This document shows positions 38,021-52,431 of a DNA stretch of 64,000 nt, one piece after another. Each line of letters begins with the position of its first letter. Position 1 is the stretch's first letter. The stretch is from contig NC_043000.1 of assembly GCF_006345805.1 (NCBI RefSeq), positions 119,102,001 through 119,166,000 of the forward strand, written 5' to 3'. Under the pieces are notes generated by a model. The model searched no databases. It had not been told where the DNA came from and was given only the letters and a program-made list of their open reading frames with translations. The DNA is from Octopus sinensis (taxonomy: Eukaryota). Position numbers and translations under genes: made by a program.

Positions 38021-38639
38021 CCAGTTTAGTTACGTAGAATTGTTCACACTTATGTATCTATGTAAAAGGTGGGCTTTTCGAATTGCATCTCGGTACACGT
38101 GTTTATTCAGGATAAAATTCAGCAAGGAATATATTCCGGTTAAATTTACAATTTAAAAATAGGATAAAATCTTTATAAGAATTTATCAAGTAGTTAGCAT
38201 GAAAAACTTCATAAGGGAAAAATCTATTAATTATTCCTTTTAAATATATTTATATATATTAAGGGCATTACTATACATAAATGCCTCACGCTAGGAGTGA
38301 CTCTTAAGGTCAAAACTACCATAATAAAGACATTGTACCGAACGCGGGGGAATGCAACTCTCGAAGCGAGCCTTTTAAAAACAGATTCAGCTGCAGCTCA
38401 TATGATTTCATAATTAGTGCACAAAATGCACTTTTTAATCGTCAGTGCAAGCATAATCAAGACACATAAAAATGAACAAAAAATCAACATACCAGATAAA
38501 CACCAAATGTATCCAGCATAATACATAGAATTGTTCACACTTATATATCTATGTAATAGGCGGTTTTTCGAATTGCATCTCGGTACACGTATTTATTCAG
38601 AATAAAATTCAGCACTGAATATATTCCAGTTAAATATAT

Positions 38640-39256
38640 AGTGAGAATTTACAAAGAGACGAAGACGAATGTGTAAACAACAAACAGGTGTATTAGCTTA
38701 ACGCTCGGGAAGGTGGGAAAGTCTTTTACGTTTCTAGCCTACGCTCTTCAACAGAAAGAAACACAAGAAAATAAACAGAGAGAAAATAAAAAAAGAAAGC
38801 TTTAGTAACTATTGGTCAATCATGGCGATGGCCGGACAGAGGTGGTCAGACAGGAGAGCTAGGAAGAAGGGGAGATAATAAAGTAGTGGTGATCCCAAAA
38901 CGAATGTGCGCGTGTGTTTATGAGATCGTTTGTGCATCTGGATAGGGGATGGTGACCTTGACGTGTGGGTGTGTGCATGTGTAAGTGTGTGGATGATGGT
39001 GTGAGTGCTGGGAAGTGGTCAGTGCTAGTGTGTGCGGGGTGGTGTGATGTGGTGTGGTGGCGTGTTGTGTGTTGTGGTGTGATGGTGTGGGATGATGTGG
39101 TGGTGGTGTGATGATGTTGGGGTGTGGGGGATGCAAGTGTGAGGTGATGCATGAGTGGGGTGTGGGGTGGGTAATGGTGTGGTTTGTGGAGAGAGTGTAG
39201 GGGCATGGTATGTAGGAATGGGTTGTGAGGGAGGTGTGAGGATGAAATGGTATATA

Positions 39257-39291
<35 letters not shown>

Positions 39292-40650
39292 ATGGTGGAG
39301 TTGGGATGTGTAGGGGTGGGGTAATGATGGATGGGTGACGATGAAGGGAGATAGTGAAGGGAGAAGGTGGGTAGGAGTGAAGAGAGGAAGTTGGTGTCAG
39401 AGCAAGAGATGAGAGGTGGTTGGGAGTAAAGAGATGAAGTAGGGGTGAGAGGAAGTAGTTTCGAGAGGAAGTAGGTGTGAGAGGAAGTAGATGTGAGAGG
39501 AAGTAGATGTGAGAGAAGTAGATGCGAGAGGAAGAGAGGAGGGGAGTTAGAGGAAGTGGGAGGGGAGTTAGAGGAAGTGGGAAGGGAGTTGAACCTATGT
39601 GACTCAAAGGAGCGAAGAGAGAAGATTAATTCTTGTTCACGGTGAAGACGGGATTCCGGATGGCCCCTGTGCAAGGACAATCCGAACACGGACAGGTGTT
39701 GCAAAGAGTGACCGGTAGAGCGGAAATAGCGCAAGACTGAGATGTCGTTGCTGAGTCTGATGTCTCGGAGGTGTCTTGTTTGACCGATGCACAAAGAAGG
39801 ACAGAGAGAGCAGGTGATACAGTACATGGCGTTGCTAGAAATGCAGGTGAAGGAGTCAGAGATATGATGGTGTCGATGATGAGTGCCTTTGAGAAAGGTG
39901 GTGTTGGAGAGGTAGGGACAAGTGCGGCAGCGTGGGCAGAAGCAGGGGAAGGAGCGGAGTTGGGAGTTAGGGTTAGGAAAGAAACTGTGGACCAGGAAGT
40001 CATGTAGGTTTTGACCTGGTTTGAAAGGGCGGAGAGGTAGGTTGGAGCAGAAGTGCGAAGTGGAGGGGTCGGACTGGAGTCGACGGAAGGCTGGGAGAAT
40101 GGTGCGTTGGAGAGGTAGGTTGGTAGGCTGGTAGGTGACGGGAAACGGAAGACGGGAGGAGGGGCGGAGAGAGAGAGCAGATGCATGGTCCACGAGACAT
40201 ACTCTGGCAAGGGAGGTGTGGATAGTGGTGACGGGATATACACGAAGGATGAATTGGCGAACCATGAGTTGAGACTGAGTCTCACAGTCATGGTGGTCAC
40301 TGCAGAGCCTGCGCAGACGGAGGAATTAGGAGTAGGGGAGAAGTTGAGATATGAGTGTGAGTAGGTGTGTTTGTAGTGGATGGAGGTAGTGAGAGTAGAG
40401 TGATGAATACTGACCAAAATGTCCAGAAAGGTGATAAAAGGGTTGTAAATATTGCAGGAGAATTCGAGGACAGGATGGAAGGTTTTGACAAAAGAGAGGA
40501 AAGAATCTAGTAGTTCGCTTGAGAGCAAGGTCGCACCAATATACAGTGGTCAATATAACGACCGCATAGTTCGGCAGTGGGACCGGTGAATCTTGAGAGT
40601 ATTTGGGCCTCAACGTAGCCAACAGATAGGTACGCATAGTTGGGGCCCAT
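38640..40650 (-). mobile_element. 5'-truncated Penelope-like element (Neptune-type): RT C-half, GIY-YIG endonuclease, terminal repeat
   Basis: FLSFVKTFHPVLEFS..ITFLDILV..HSYLNF, then CPRCRTC..FTCISSNAMYCITCSLCPSLCIGQT..RLHREQELIFSL. Confidence 0.85.
38722..38759 (-). ncRNA. Family B hammerhead-like motif in the 3' terminal repeat of the Penelope-like element
   Basis: TCTTT CTGTTGA A GAGC-GTAG-GCTA GAAAC GTA AAAGA (one stem II mismatch). Confidence 0.5.
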
Positions 40651-40694
40651 TCTCGATTCTATGGCTACTCAAGAGACATGCTGGTAAAAATCAC

Positions 40695-40928
40695 CCACAC
40701 ACATATATATATACATACAAATATATACACATATATATATACATACACATGTACATACATACACACAAATATATACATACACACATATATATATATATAC
40801 ACACACACATATATATATCCACACACATATATACATACATATATATATATACATACACATATATATACACATACACACATATATATATACACATACACAC
40901 ATATACATATACATACACACATATATAT

Positions 40929-40959
<31 letters not shown>

Positions 40960-41052
40960 CATACACATATATATATACATACGCATATATATTTATATAC
41001 ACATACACATATATATACATACACATATATATATACACATATATATATATAT

Positions 41053-41113
<61 letters not shown>

Positions 41114-41180
41114 TACATACATATATATATATACATATATACATACATGCATATATACATACACATACATATATAAACGT

Positions 41181-41279
<99 letters not shown>

Positions 41280-41290
41280 TACACACACAC

Positions 41291-41328
<38 letters not shown>
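40695..41328. repeat. Long (TA/CA) mosaic microsatellite
   Basis: Direct reading. Confidence 0.95.
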
Positions 41329-41469
41329 TTCAAATATCTCGGCTGAAAATATGAATCCCAGAAGATGCCCAGATAAGTTCTGTCATTTTCAACCCCATCA
41401 TCTATTCTTCTATTTTTGTGCAGATTATAAACTCCTTATTAGCTCCTTTTCATTATTCTGTCTATTTCA

Positions 41470-44400
41470 GTACCACGTTGGTACACTGAAAGTTAGGTCT
41501 GGTTTATTGAGATGCTTGAACGGAGATGTGTCGATATGTGCTGCATCGAAGAAGTAAGGTGGAGAGGAGATTCTGCTATTTTCCTCACAGGCAAAGAACA
41601 CAGGTACAAGATTTTCTGGGCAGCGAACACTGACCGGGTCGGGGGCGTGTGTATACTTCTTGCGGAGAAATGGGTAGATAAGGTAATTGAGGTAGTCAGA
41701 GTATGCGACAGAATACTTAAGATTAGATTAGTGCTTCATCATGGGTTAGCAACCATTATCTCGGCCTATTCTCCTCAGCCTGGGCTACCCGATGGACAGA
41801 AGGACCGATTTTGTGACACCCTCTTGCAGACTACTGCGTTGACGAATGACAGGGACCTTCTCTTTTTGGCTGGTGACTTCAATGGACATGTTGGACAACA
41901 TGCCGGGGGCTTCCATGGCGTACATGGAGGCTACGGTTTTGGCTCCCGCTATGAGGAGGGAACCAGGTTGCTGGAGTTCTGCGATGCAAATGATTTTATG
42001 GTTTGCAATACTAACTTCAGAAAACCTGTCTGTCACCTAGTTACCTACTGTTCTGGCAAACACTAGCCAAATTGACTACATCCTCAACAGAAAAGGGAAA
42101 GATGGCTGCTTATAAATGGCAAAACCTTCACAGGCGAAGAATGTAGCCCACAACATAGGCTTGTAGTTAGTGAGTTCAGAATCAGGGCTAAGTGAATACC
42201 CAAAAGACGACCAGCATGGCGGAGAAGAGTCTGGAAGCTTAAAGATCCTGCCAATAGACAGAGATTTAGAGACATATTACTCGAAGCCTTTGACAAAATA
42301 GCAGGGGATATAACTTCACACAATGTAGAAGCCAACTGGAGGTTTCTACGGGGCAATCTGCTGGGGGCCACTGACCAGATCTGTGGATGGTGCAAAGTTC
42401 TCTCTCGACCCAAAATAATATGGCGGTGGAACAATGTTGTTGACAGGGCTGTTAGAGAAAAGAAACAGGCTTGGAAAGACTGGAAATACTGGAAGAACGG
42501 TGGTAGCAGCTATGAGACAGGTTTATCTAGCCAGAGGGCAAGCAGATAAAAAAATTTGCCAATGTTCTGCGCCGCGAGGACCAAAGATTTGCGGTATTTC
42601 GTGTTGCAAGACAGTGTGTGAGAGAGAATCGTGATGTTGTAGGAGAGAAATGTATTCGCATTGATGATGGTTCACTTGCACTAGACGAGGCTACAAAGAG
42701 AGAGGTATGGAGATGCCACTATGAAAGGTTGCTAAATAAAGAGAATGAATGGGAGAAAGAGAGCCAACCGAATGCCGACGTAACAGACGGACGAGCTATC
42801 CGAATTGACAGTGCCTTGGTAGATAAAGCTATTAAGGGTAAGAAGACAGGGAAAGCCCCCGGCCCATCAGGAATCACCGCAGAGATGCTCAAAATATCTG
42901 ACAGTGTCACCTATAGCCTAGTCACCCGTATAGTCAACCAGGTGGTACATACCCAATGACTGGTGTAACAGCACCATAGTCAACTGCTACAAAGTTAAAG
43001 GTGACACTTTAGATACAAATAATTACAGAGGTATCAAGTTGTTGATCAGGTAATGAAGGTCACTGAGAGGGTCGTAGCCCAACTAATTAGGGAGAGAGTC
43101 AGTTTAGATGAGATGCAGTTTGGGTTCGTGCCAGGGAAAAGCACCACTGATGCCATATTTCTGGTGAGACTGCTGCAGGGGAAATACCTAGCCAAAGATA
43201 AACCTCTGTACCTGGCTTTTGTTGACATGGAGAAAGCTTTTGACAGGGTCCTCCGATCCCTTATCTGGTGATCAATGAGGAAACTAGGAATAGATGAATG
43301 GTTAGTGAGAGCTGTGCAAGCCATGTATAGCGACGCTTTCAGTAAAGTGAGGGTTGGCAACGAGTACAGTGAAGAATTCTGGGTGGAGGTAAGGCTCCAC
43401 CAAGGTTCAGTCCTTAGACCTCTCCTATTTATCATAGTCCTCCAGGCAATAACAGAGGAATTCAAGACAGGATGTCCCTGGGAGATCCTCTATGCTGACG
43501 ACCTTGCTCTAATTGCTGAGTCACTATCAGAACTAGAGGAGAAGTTTCAGTTGTGCAAACAAGGATTAGAATCGAAGGGCCTTAGAGTCAACCTAGCTAA
43601 AACCAAAGTCCTAATAAGTAAGAAGGCAGGCAAAGTCCTAATAAGTAAGAAGGCAGGCAAACCACAAATCCCTTCAGGTAGATGGCCCTGCTCGATCTGT
43701 AGAAAAGATGTACCCAGTGTAAGCTATGGACACATAAGAAGTGCAGCAGTATCAAAGGAAGGCTAACTGGGAAGATAGTTTTTGTATGTGGCAGATGCTC
43801 AGGAGCAATAAACACAGAGAATTTGCAGAGAACAACTTCCGTCACATTCCAGGGAGAAAAACTAGAAGTAGTTGATGACTTCCGTTACCTAGGTGACGAA
43901 GTCAGTAGCGGGGGAGGGTGTGCTGAAAGTGTAGCTGCTAGAATAAGAATAGCCTGGGCAAAGTTCAGAGAGTTTTACCTCTGCTGGTAACAAAGGGCCT
44001 CTCCCTCAGAGTTAAAGGTAGACTGTATGACGCATGTGTGCGAACAGCCATGCTACATGGCAATGAAACATGGGCCGTGACTGCTGAGGACATGCGTAAG
44101 CTCACATAGAATGAAGCCAGTATGCTCCGATGGATGTGTAATGTCAGTGTGCATACTCGACAGAGTGTAAGCACCTTGAGAGAAAAGTTGGACCTAAGAA
44201 GCATTCGATGTGGTGTGCAAGAGAGACGACTGTGCTGGTATGGCCATGTGGCGACAATGGATGTGGATAGCTGTGTGAGAAAGTGCCACACCCTAGCGGT
44301 TGAGGGAACCTGTGGAAAGGTTAGACCCAGAAAGACCTGGGATCAGGTGGTGAAGCATGACCTTCGAACATTGGGCCTCACTGAGGCAATGACTGGTGAC

Positions 44401-44940
44401 CGAGACCTTTGGAAATATGCTGTGCTTGAGAAGACCCGGCAAGCCAAATGAAACCATAACATTGTGGCCTATACCAGGGGCGTAACCAGCCCACTTATGC
44501 ATACCTTTCCTTCACTGGACACTAAACTCTGCTTGCGAAGACCTGTTGAGGCAAGTGAAATCGATATCAAATTTGATGACTGGCATCCATGCTAGTGGAG
44601 CGCTAAGAGCACCATCCGAGCGGGATCGTTGACAGAGCGGATAACTGGCGTCCGTGCCGGTGGCCCATAAAAAGCACCATTCGAGCATGATCGTTACCAG
44701 AGTCACCTTACTGGCACTTGTGCCGGTATGCAGGTGGCTGGCCCTCGTGCCGGTGGCTGGCCCTCGTGCCGGTGGCATGTAAAAGCACCCACTACACTCT
44801 CGGAGTGGTTGGCGTTCGGAAGAGAATCCAGCTGTAGAAACTCTGCCAGATCAAGATTGGAGCCTGGTGCAGCCATCTGGTTCGTCAGTCCTCAGTCAAA
44901 TCGTCCAACCCATGCTAGCAGGGAAAGCAGACGGTAAATA
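41470..44940 (+). mobile_element. Near full-length RTE LINE (APE endonuclease plus RT), inactivated
   Basis: [67 protein letters not shown]. Stops and frameshifts; 27-bp in-frame duplication at 43604-43657. Confidence 0.92.
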
Positions 44941-44970
<30 letters not shown>

Positions 44971-44974
<4 letters not shown>

Positions 44975-45947
44975 ACAATCAAGGAACGGCCATAATAGGC
45001 CATTCACCCACTAGAAATAACAGCCAAAGCTTCAACCGCAAATAAAAGTCAATTCCGTAAACAGGAGAAAATTTAAAAAACATTTACCCTGTAATTTCTT
45101 ATACGATGCACCGTTTCGTCTGCTGTTTAATGGTAAACTAACCTGATTAAATTAAATCAAGCCAATCTTCCATAGGCCCTCAGATTCTTCAGTAAGAAAT
45201 AGCCACAAGTCGGAACAGATATTTTCACGAGGCATTTCCGACCCTGCCAAGTTAATATCTGACCTAAAATTTTCAAATCATCGCACTCGCGCCAAATTTA
45301 TCGGCAGCAAATAAATATAAGCCGTCGATTCCATTACGGAATTAACCAGAAAATTCATAATTAATCAATATAGGGTGCCAAAAAAAATTTTGTAGAATCT
45401 TTTTGCCACCAGCGGCCTAGTGGGAAAAAATTAAATAGTCATATACCATTTTTAAGTTCAACATCAACAATCAAGGAACGGCCATAATAGGCCATTCACC
45501 CACTAGAAATAACAGCCAAAGCTTCAACCGCAAATAAAAGTCAATTCCGTAAACAGGAGAAAATTTAAAAAACATTTACCCTGTAATTTCTTATACGATG
45601 CACCGTTTCGTCTGCTGTTTAATGGTAAACTAACCTGATTAAATTAAATCAAGCCAATCTTCCATAGGCCCTCAGATTCTTCAGTAAGAAATAGCCACAA
45701 GTCGGAACAGATATTTTCACGAGGCATTTCCGACCCTGCCAAGTTAATATCTGACCTAAAATTTTCAAATCATCGCACGGTTGAAGCTTTGGCTGTTATT
45801 TCTAGTGGGTGAATGGCCTATTATGGCCGTTTCTTGATTGTTGATGTTGAACTTAAAAATGGTATATGACTATTTAATTTTTTCCCACTAGGCCGCTGGT
45901 GGCAAAAAAATTCTACAAAATTTTTTTTTGGCACCCTATATTGATTA
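44971..45947. repeat. 492-bp tandem duplication followed by a 170-bp inverted copy
   Basis: 44971-45462 is repeated at 45463-45778 (truncated). 45778-45947 is the reverse complement of 45362-45530. Confidence 0.92.
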
Positions 45948-46432
45948 AAAATAAATATATATATATATATATATATATTCTTTTTCTTTTTTTTTCTTTT
46001 ACTTGTTTCAGTCATTTGACTGCGGCCATGCTGGAGCACCGCCTTTAGTCGAGCAAATCGACCCCGGGACTTATTCTTTGTAAGCCCAGTATTTATTCTA
46101 TCGGTCTCTTTTTGCCGAACCGCTAGCTGACGGGGACGTAAACACACCAGCATCGGTTGTCAAGCAATGCTAGGGGGACAAACACAGACACACAAACATA
46201 CACACATACATATATATATATACATATATACGACAGGCTTCTTTCAGTTTCCATCTACCAAATCCACTCACAACGCATTGGTCGGCCCGAGGCTATAGTA
46301 GAAGACACTTGCCCAAGATGCCACGCAGTGGGACTGAACCCGGAACCATGTGGTTGGTTAGCAAGCTATTTACCACACAGCCACACATACACACATATAC
46401 ATACACACATATTCATATATACATATATACAT

Positions 46433-46482
<50 letters not shown>

Positions 46483-46533
46483 GCACATATACATTCACAC
46501 ATATACACACATATACATACACACAGACACATA

Positions 46534-48158
46534 CAGTTACGGTCAAAATGTTCAGAACGGCATTGTTTTCGTTAGAAAAGTAGGTATAAGTTTTTATCAA
46601 AGTAGTTTTATATTCTATAATTTTCACAGACAATAAATACAATATTAATTGTTATTGTCTGATATTTTGGTGTAATTTGAGAGGATAATACAAAAGTTAT
46701 GGATGATTTAGTGATTTATTACAAAACCCATGGCGGCCAAAATAATCAGAACGATTGAAAAAATAACAAAATAATCAAAAATGACAGAGAATACTGGAAT
46801 TATTTAATATTTAGTGTGAAGCCCTTTACACTCTGACATCTTCGACTGCATGAGGAAATTAAATTTTCAATTTCTTGCTGGGTGATCTTATTCCATTCTT
46901 CCTGAAGGACATTCCATAATTGCTCAGTTGTTTTAGGATTTCTGGCTTTCGAACGTTCTCCTAGAATATTCCATACATTTTCAATAGGATTGATGAGATC
47001 TGGGCTTTGAGCAGGCCAATCCATAACAATAACCTTTTCAGCCTTGAGAAAGTTTATGACCACCTTAGCCTTGTGACATGGGGCATTGTCCTGCATGAAT
47101 ATGGGTGGTCGCTTAGTTAAATATCTCAACACAGGCAAGACATGATCTTTTACAAGTTGTTTATAAACTCCTGCATTTACCTTTCCATGTAATCGCACCA
47201 AAGGGCCCACACCATCTCCAGATATCATCCCCCAAACCATGACACTTCCTCCACCGAATTTAACACTAGTCTTAAGGCATTTAGGCGACAATTTTTCATC
47301 TACTTTTCTATAACGTACCTTTTCCCATCTGAGCCAAATAACATAAACTTAGATTCATCACTGAAATGCACCGTTTGCCATTTTTCTTGAGACCACAACA
47401 CATGTTCGGTTGCAAAGGTAAGACGACACTTTTTTATTCTTGGAGCTGATAAGTGGCTTCACTGCAGGTGCTCTTGCTTGTAGGTCATGTTCAACTAAAC
47501 GACGAAACACAGTTTTTCGAGATAAAGTTTTCTTCAATAAAATGCTCATTTTCCGAGAAACAGCAGCAGCAGTTTTAAATCTGTCCTTTTTAACCAACTT
47601 CACCATAGCACGATCTTCTCTCTTGGTCGTTTTTCTTGGCCTACCTGTAAACTTTCTTGCTTCACACGAACCACAATCATCGTAGACCTTAAGAATACCG
47701 TGTACAACACTTTTTGACTTGTTAACAATCTTTGCAATAGATCCAATACTTAAATTATCCTTCCTTCGAAGCTTAATAATCTGCTGACGAATTGGTAACG
47801 GAGTAAGTGGCATTATATCAACAAAGTACACTGCAAATATTCTTACTAATGTTTAGTAAACGAACCGTCACGTAAACAAATCCAAAACATTAGAGTTCGC
47901 CGGTTAAATATACTAAAACACGGAGTAAAAGCAACCGTTCTGATCATTTTGGCCGCCATGGGTTTTTGCAGTAAATCACTAAATCATCCATAACTTTTGT
48001 ATTATCCTCTCAAATTACATCAAAATCTCAGGCAATAACAAATAATATCGTATTTATTGTCTGTGAAAATTACAGAATATAAAACAACTTTGATAAAAAA
48101 CATTATATCTACTTTTCTGACGAAAACAATTCCGTTCTGAACATTTTGGCCGCCACTG
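46534..48158 (-). mobile_element. Full-length Tc1-like transposon (1625 bp) with about 225-bp IR/DR-type TIRs and TA target duplication; transposase frameshifted
   Basis: TIRs 46534-46757 / 47932-48158 each contain a direct repeat (GTTCTGA..ATTTTGGCCGCCA-like). Transposase runs from ATG 47813 to 46800 with GRPRK, FSDESKF, FMQDNAPCH and SPDLINPIEN. Confidence 0.93.
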
Positions 48159-48159
48159 T

Positions 48160-48710
48160 ATACACATATACATTCATGCACACATATACATACATATACA
48201 TACACACGCACATATGCATACATACATATATATATATGACTACATAAACACATACATATATATATGCATACATACACACATATATATCCACATATATATG
48301 CACATATATGCATACACACATATATGTACGCATATATATACATACATATTTGCATATATACACCATTATGCATACATATACATATATATACGAATATATA
48401 TACATATATATATATATACACACATATAGATACACATATATATATACACATATATATATAGACATATATATACACATATACACATATATACATACCTATA
48501 TATACACATATATATATACATACATATACACATTATATATATACATAAACACACACACATATATACACATATATATACATTCACACATATATACATATAT
48601 CTAAATACATATATATATGTACATACAAGCATATACACGTCTATGTATACATACAAACATATACACCTATATATACATACAAACAATATACACGTATATT
48701 TATTTATACG
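48160..48710. repeat. (TA/CA) mosaic microsatellite
   Basis: Direct reading. Confidence 0.9.
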
Positions 48711-48915
48711 TGTTATTTGTTTATGAATTGATTTATGAAGTGCAGCAAGAATATATTTCAGTATATCTCAATTTATTCAATTAAGCGATAAAACTGCAAA
48801 AATGGAAATGGTAAAAATGTAAAAATGGTAAAAATGTAAAAATTCCGAGAACAAGTATATATTTAAATACTTCAATTTTGAATCATAAAATATCCATCAT
48901 CTTGTTTGTTTCTCC

Positions 48916-49868
48916 TCAGTTATTTAATTTACATTTCCAATTTCTGAATTTAGAAATTTTGTCCAATGGAACTGGATTCTGAATCCATTGCAAAGCTTGA
49001 GACACAGTCACAATCCATACATCGTTTTTGAGGGCAACTTCTTCCAAAAATTTCTTCAATGGTTTTAAGTTATTTTTAAGCCAAGGTGCATGCAAAAATA
49101 TGCCGAAAGGTGCCTTATTTCTTTTATAATGGCGATTAAAGTTGTCTTTCAAGAAATTTACGACAGCCGATGAGTTTGGAGGAATTATACAGGAATCAGC
49201 CATTGAACAAGCACTTCCTTTGTCATTGTACCAACGTATAAGTGGGACTTCCCATAATCCTGGATATGAGTTCTCTGGGCAGTATTTAAGTAGGCAATAT
49301 TTTTTGTTAACCGGGTAATCAAGTGTAAAGGGCCATGTCGGTATCTCTGTAGTAGTAGAAAGTGAACCTGTAACCATCGAACTATCGTAGTAAAATCTAT
49401 TATCTTTCAACATTTTGAACTGGGCATCTTTTCCCATTGCAAGAAACGGTGAGCGCATTCCACGAATATCTTTTGCTGGAATATCGGCCTTTTCACTAAG
49501 CCAGTTTTTCATGCCAACTATTTCATCGGAATAAGTCTTGTAATCAGAATTCAACCAATAGGCGTGTGGAAATTTATGCGATTTGCTATGAGAAGCTATT
49601 TCATGTCCTTGGCCATATAATTCTTTCACATCTTTATAAATAGTATAATCGCCGGAAACGAAAAATGTTGCTTGAATAGGACAGCCGTTTGGATTTGTTA
49701 TGTTAGAACCAAACAAATCCCTGTAATAACCGATATTGTGCTCATTAATTCCGTCGTCAAAAGTCAATAGAATTATCTGCGGAATTGCATTTATTGGCAA
49801 TGAGCCTGGAATTTCCGGCCCAGGACATTTACATTTCGGTAGCTTGCAATATTCTGGTTGACAGGGAC
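48916..49868 (-). CDS. Chitin deacetylase paralog 2, exon 2: CE4 catalytic domain
   Basis: Acceptor TTTACTTTGCAG|GTCCC at 49869/49868. Motifs TFDDG, HEIASHSKSH, GMRSPFL, YDSSM and PFGIFLH are present; ends KCKLNN*. Confidence 0.92.
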
Positions 49869-51789
49869 CTGCAAAGTAAAAACAAAAAACAAAATCAAAT
49901 CAAAAGATGAACGTTTTTTTTTTTAAATGGATATGAACACACATCTGCTAATTAACTCTAATATGGAATGAGGCCTAGAGCTATTGATCTACAACAATAA
50001 AAAAAGAAACAGGAGTTTCAACCATTGATACGGGGGTAAAATTGCAACTATGCAAACAATAGGGGAAATCTGTGGAATCAGAGAAAACTGCGCAAAAATT
50101 TCATTTACCGTGGGGATTTTTGGAAGGTTGATTTTCAAGAGAGCAGAATGATGCAGTTATCTCGAAAACATAACCATTTTACTATCGGAGAACAGAAAAT
50201 ATTTATATTACACTATAAAGTAATCATTTCAAAGATCACTGAAATTCTTCGTGGAAATACATAGATCTGAACGTGTATGTTATACGAAGAAATACACCCG
50301 GTGAACGCCGCTGTTAAAGCGACTCAACGGCTTGCTTATCGAGGAATATCAGTGAACGCAGTTCTTTTCTAATATCGTGGAGAGATTTCCATCAACGTTA
50401 ACTATACTTCATTTTAGCTGAATGGTTATTAACTAAACTTAAGCTATCTGACGCATTTATATCAGTCAATGTATATTACACAGTAATATAATGGTATATA
50501 TTTTATCAAACCGGATAGGATGAAAGGCAAAGCAGACCTCGGCAGAATTTGAACTCAGAGCATAAAGACGCAAGAAAGGCCGCTAAGCATTTAGCCCAAC
50601 ATGCTAACGAATATGCTAGCTCTCCGCCTTCAGTTCTTTTGTAATATTATGGGGAGATTTCCACCAATGTTAACAATACCTCATTTTAGCTGAATGGCTC
50701 TTAACTAAACTTAAGCTATCTGACGCATTCATATCAGACAATGTATATTACACAGACCACTTGAGCTGATGTTTGTGGAATACAAAACTTAACTCTCCAT
50801 TTTATCCCGTTATTTGAATGTTTAAACATATCCATTGCTAGAGATTACTCTTTTCGTTTAATTTGCTGAGAGGCTACAAGTCTATGAGGTCGCAATTTAC
50901 GTAGATTTTCAAGTAGTTTAGACTGAGAACACAACACTGCCCCGCCTAACAAGATGCCAGTCGTTTGCAGAGTTTAGTTCCAGGTGCTATAGGTACTCAT
51001 TTTGGTTAACAGGCAGCTCCGTCCAAAAGAATGACGATTAATTGCCGGAGAAATTAAACAAATAAACTACGAGTGATGTCAGTGAAATACCAAGATGAAA
51101 GTAATTAACCAAAATAAATTCTACATTATCTATCAAAAATTTACTGACTTCATAAGTCGATCATGCGACATCCAACAACAAATTTTCTATCGTCTGGTTT
51201 TGTCTGAAATATTGCTGATGTAGCTGAATCAGACTGCTGTAAGGTAGTATACCCAGAAACGAATACCCCTGAAAAAAAGATCCCGTGATTTGTTTATCGA
51301 GGCATGCTAGTGTGTGTGCTCAGAAACAACCGATGCAATAGTCTTAGTAGATTTATCTTTTCTACTATAGGAAATTGTGGGGAAAAGTTAAGTGCTCAGC
51401 TGGTACTTAATTTATCGACCCCGAAAGGATGAAAGGCAAAGTTGACCTCGGCAGAATTTGAACGCAGAATGCAGCGGCAGACGAAATATCGCTAAGCATT
51501 TCGCCAGGCATGCTAACGATTCTGCCAGCTCAGAATTAACGAGTCGTTCAGAAAGAGCTGATGGCAAGCGCTGGCGATGTGGTTTCACTCGCTGCCTAAG
51601 AGCTCATTTTTTCCCCCACGAGAACGGTTACCTAATCTTATCCACACTAATTCGTTTCATGCATCTTCACCTAACAGACTGCGCTCAGACTGAGAAGAAT
51701 TTCGAAAAAGGAACCGAGCAATAATACCGTTTTTGATTGGTGTAACACTATGAGAAATGTTTGTGAGCAATAAATGGTAACTACGCAGC

Positions 51790-52135
51790 AACTCGGTGGA
51801 TTAGATTACGCAGGGTTTCCCTTTATCGTAGATTTAGATGAATCGAAATACATGTATCGGAAATATCATTGGGGAAAGTGGGACGATGCGAGTCATTGGG
51901 CGTTTGACTCAATAGAAAGACGTACAGGCAAAGGCTGTCTATGAAAGCCGATCGTAGGCGGGAAACACTTTGGTTGATTATAACCTTGTGGTTATTGGTA
52001 GAGAAGCGTACGATATGCAATGGATGGGCGTCCTATGTTAGTTTTGGTAATACTGTAAATCTAGGGTGAATACTTGATAAGTGTAAGCACCTGTATACGC
52101 CAGCTAGTGGCAAAGGTGAGAGGGTATATGTATCA
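51790..52135 (+). mobile_element. Merlin (IS1016/IS1595-like) DNA transposase relic
   Basis: QLGGLDYAGFPFIVDLDESKYMYRKYHWGKWDDASHWAFDSIERRTGKGC matches the VEIDESK..RKY.RG....WVFG.IER.TG pattern, followed by DRRRETL and NGWASY. Confidence 0.7.
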
Positions 52136-52140
52136 AATGA

Positions 52141-52431
52141 AATCAAAAACAGAACACAAAGGATGTCGCGGTACATGTGTTTCAAGCTTTATAAACGACC
52201 TATTCTTACATCTTTCTCAGGGAGACTTGATATACCTATCATTATGGAAAATACTAAATGTACCTTTCGGATTTTTCCTAATATTATGTAACTCTTTGGT
52301 ATAACAATTGCATGCGGCTGAAGAGAGCTTTAACCCATCCTTTATGTCTATTATACACTGGTGTAAGAATAGGTCGTTTATAAAGCTTGAAACGCGTGTA
52401 CCGCGACATCCTTTGTGTTCTGTTTTTGATT
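52141..52431. repeat. 70-bp inverted repeat (52141-52210 / 52362-52431), 2 mismatches
   Basis: AATCAAAAACAGAACACAAAGGATGTCGCGGTAC...TATTCTTACA and its reverse complement. Confidence 0.9.

Noticed and set aside
40593-41354. Long YIYI/THTH ORFs (also 14751-14980, 31814-32218, 48020-48686, 55774-56115 and others)
   Set aside because: They are translations of dinucleotide or tetranucleotide microsatellites.
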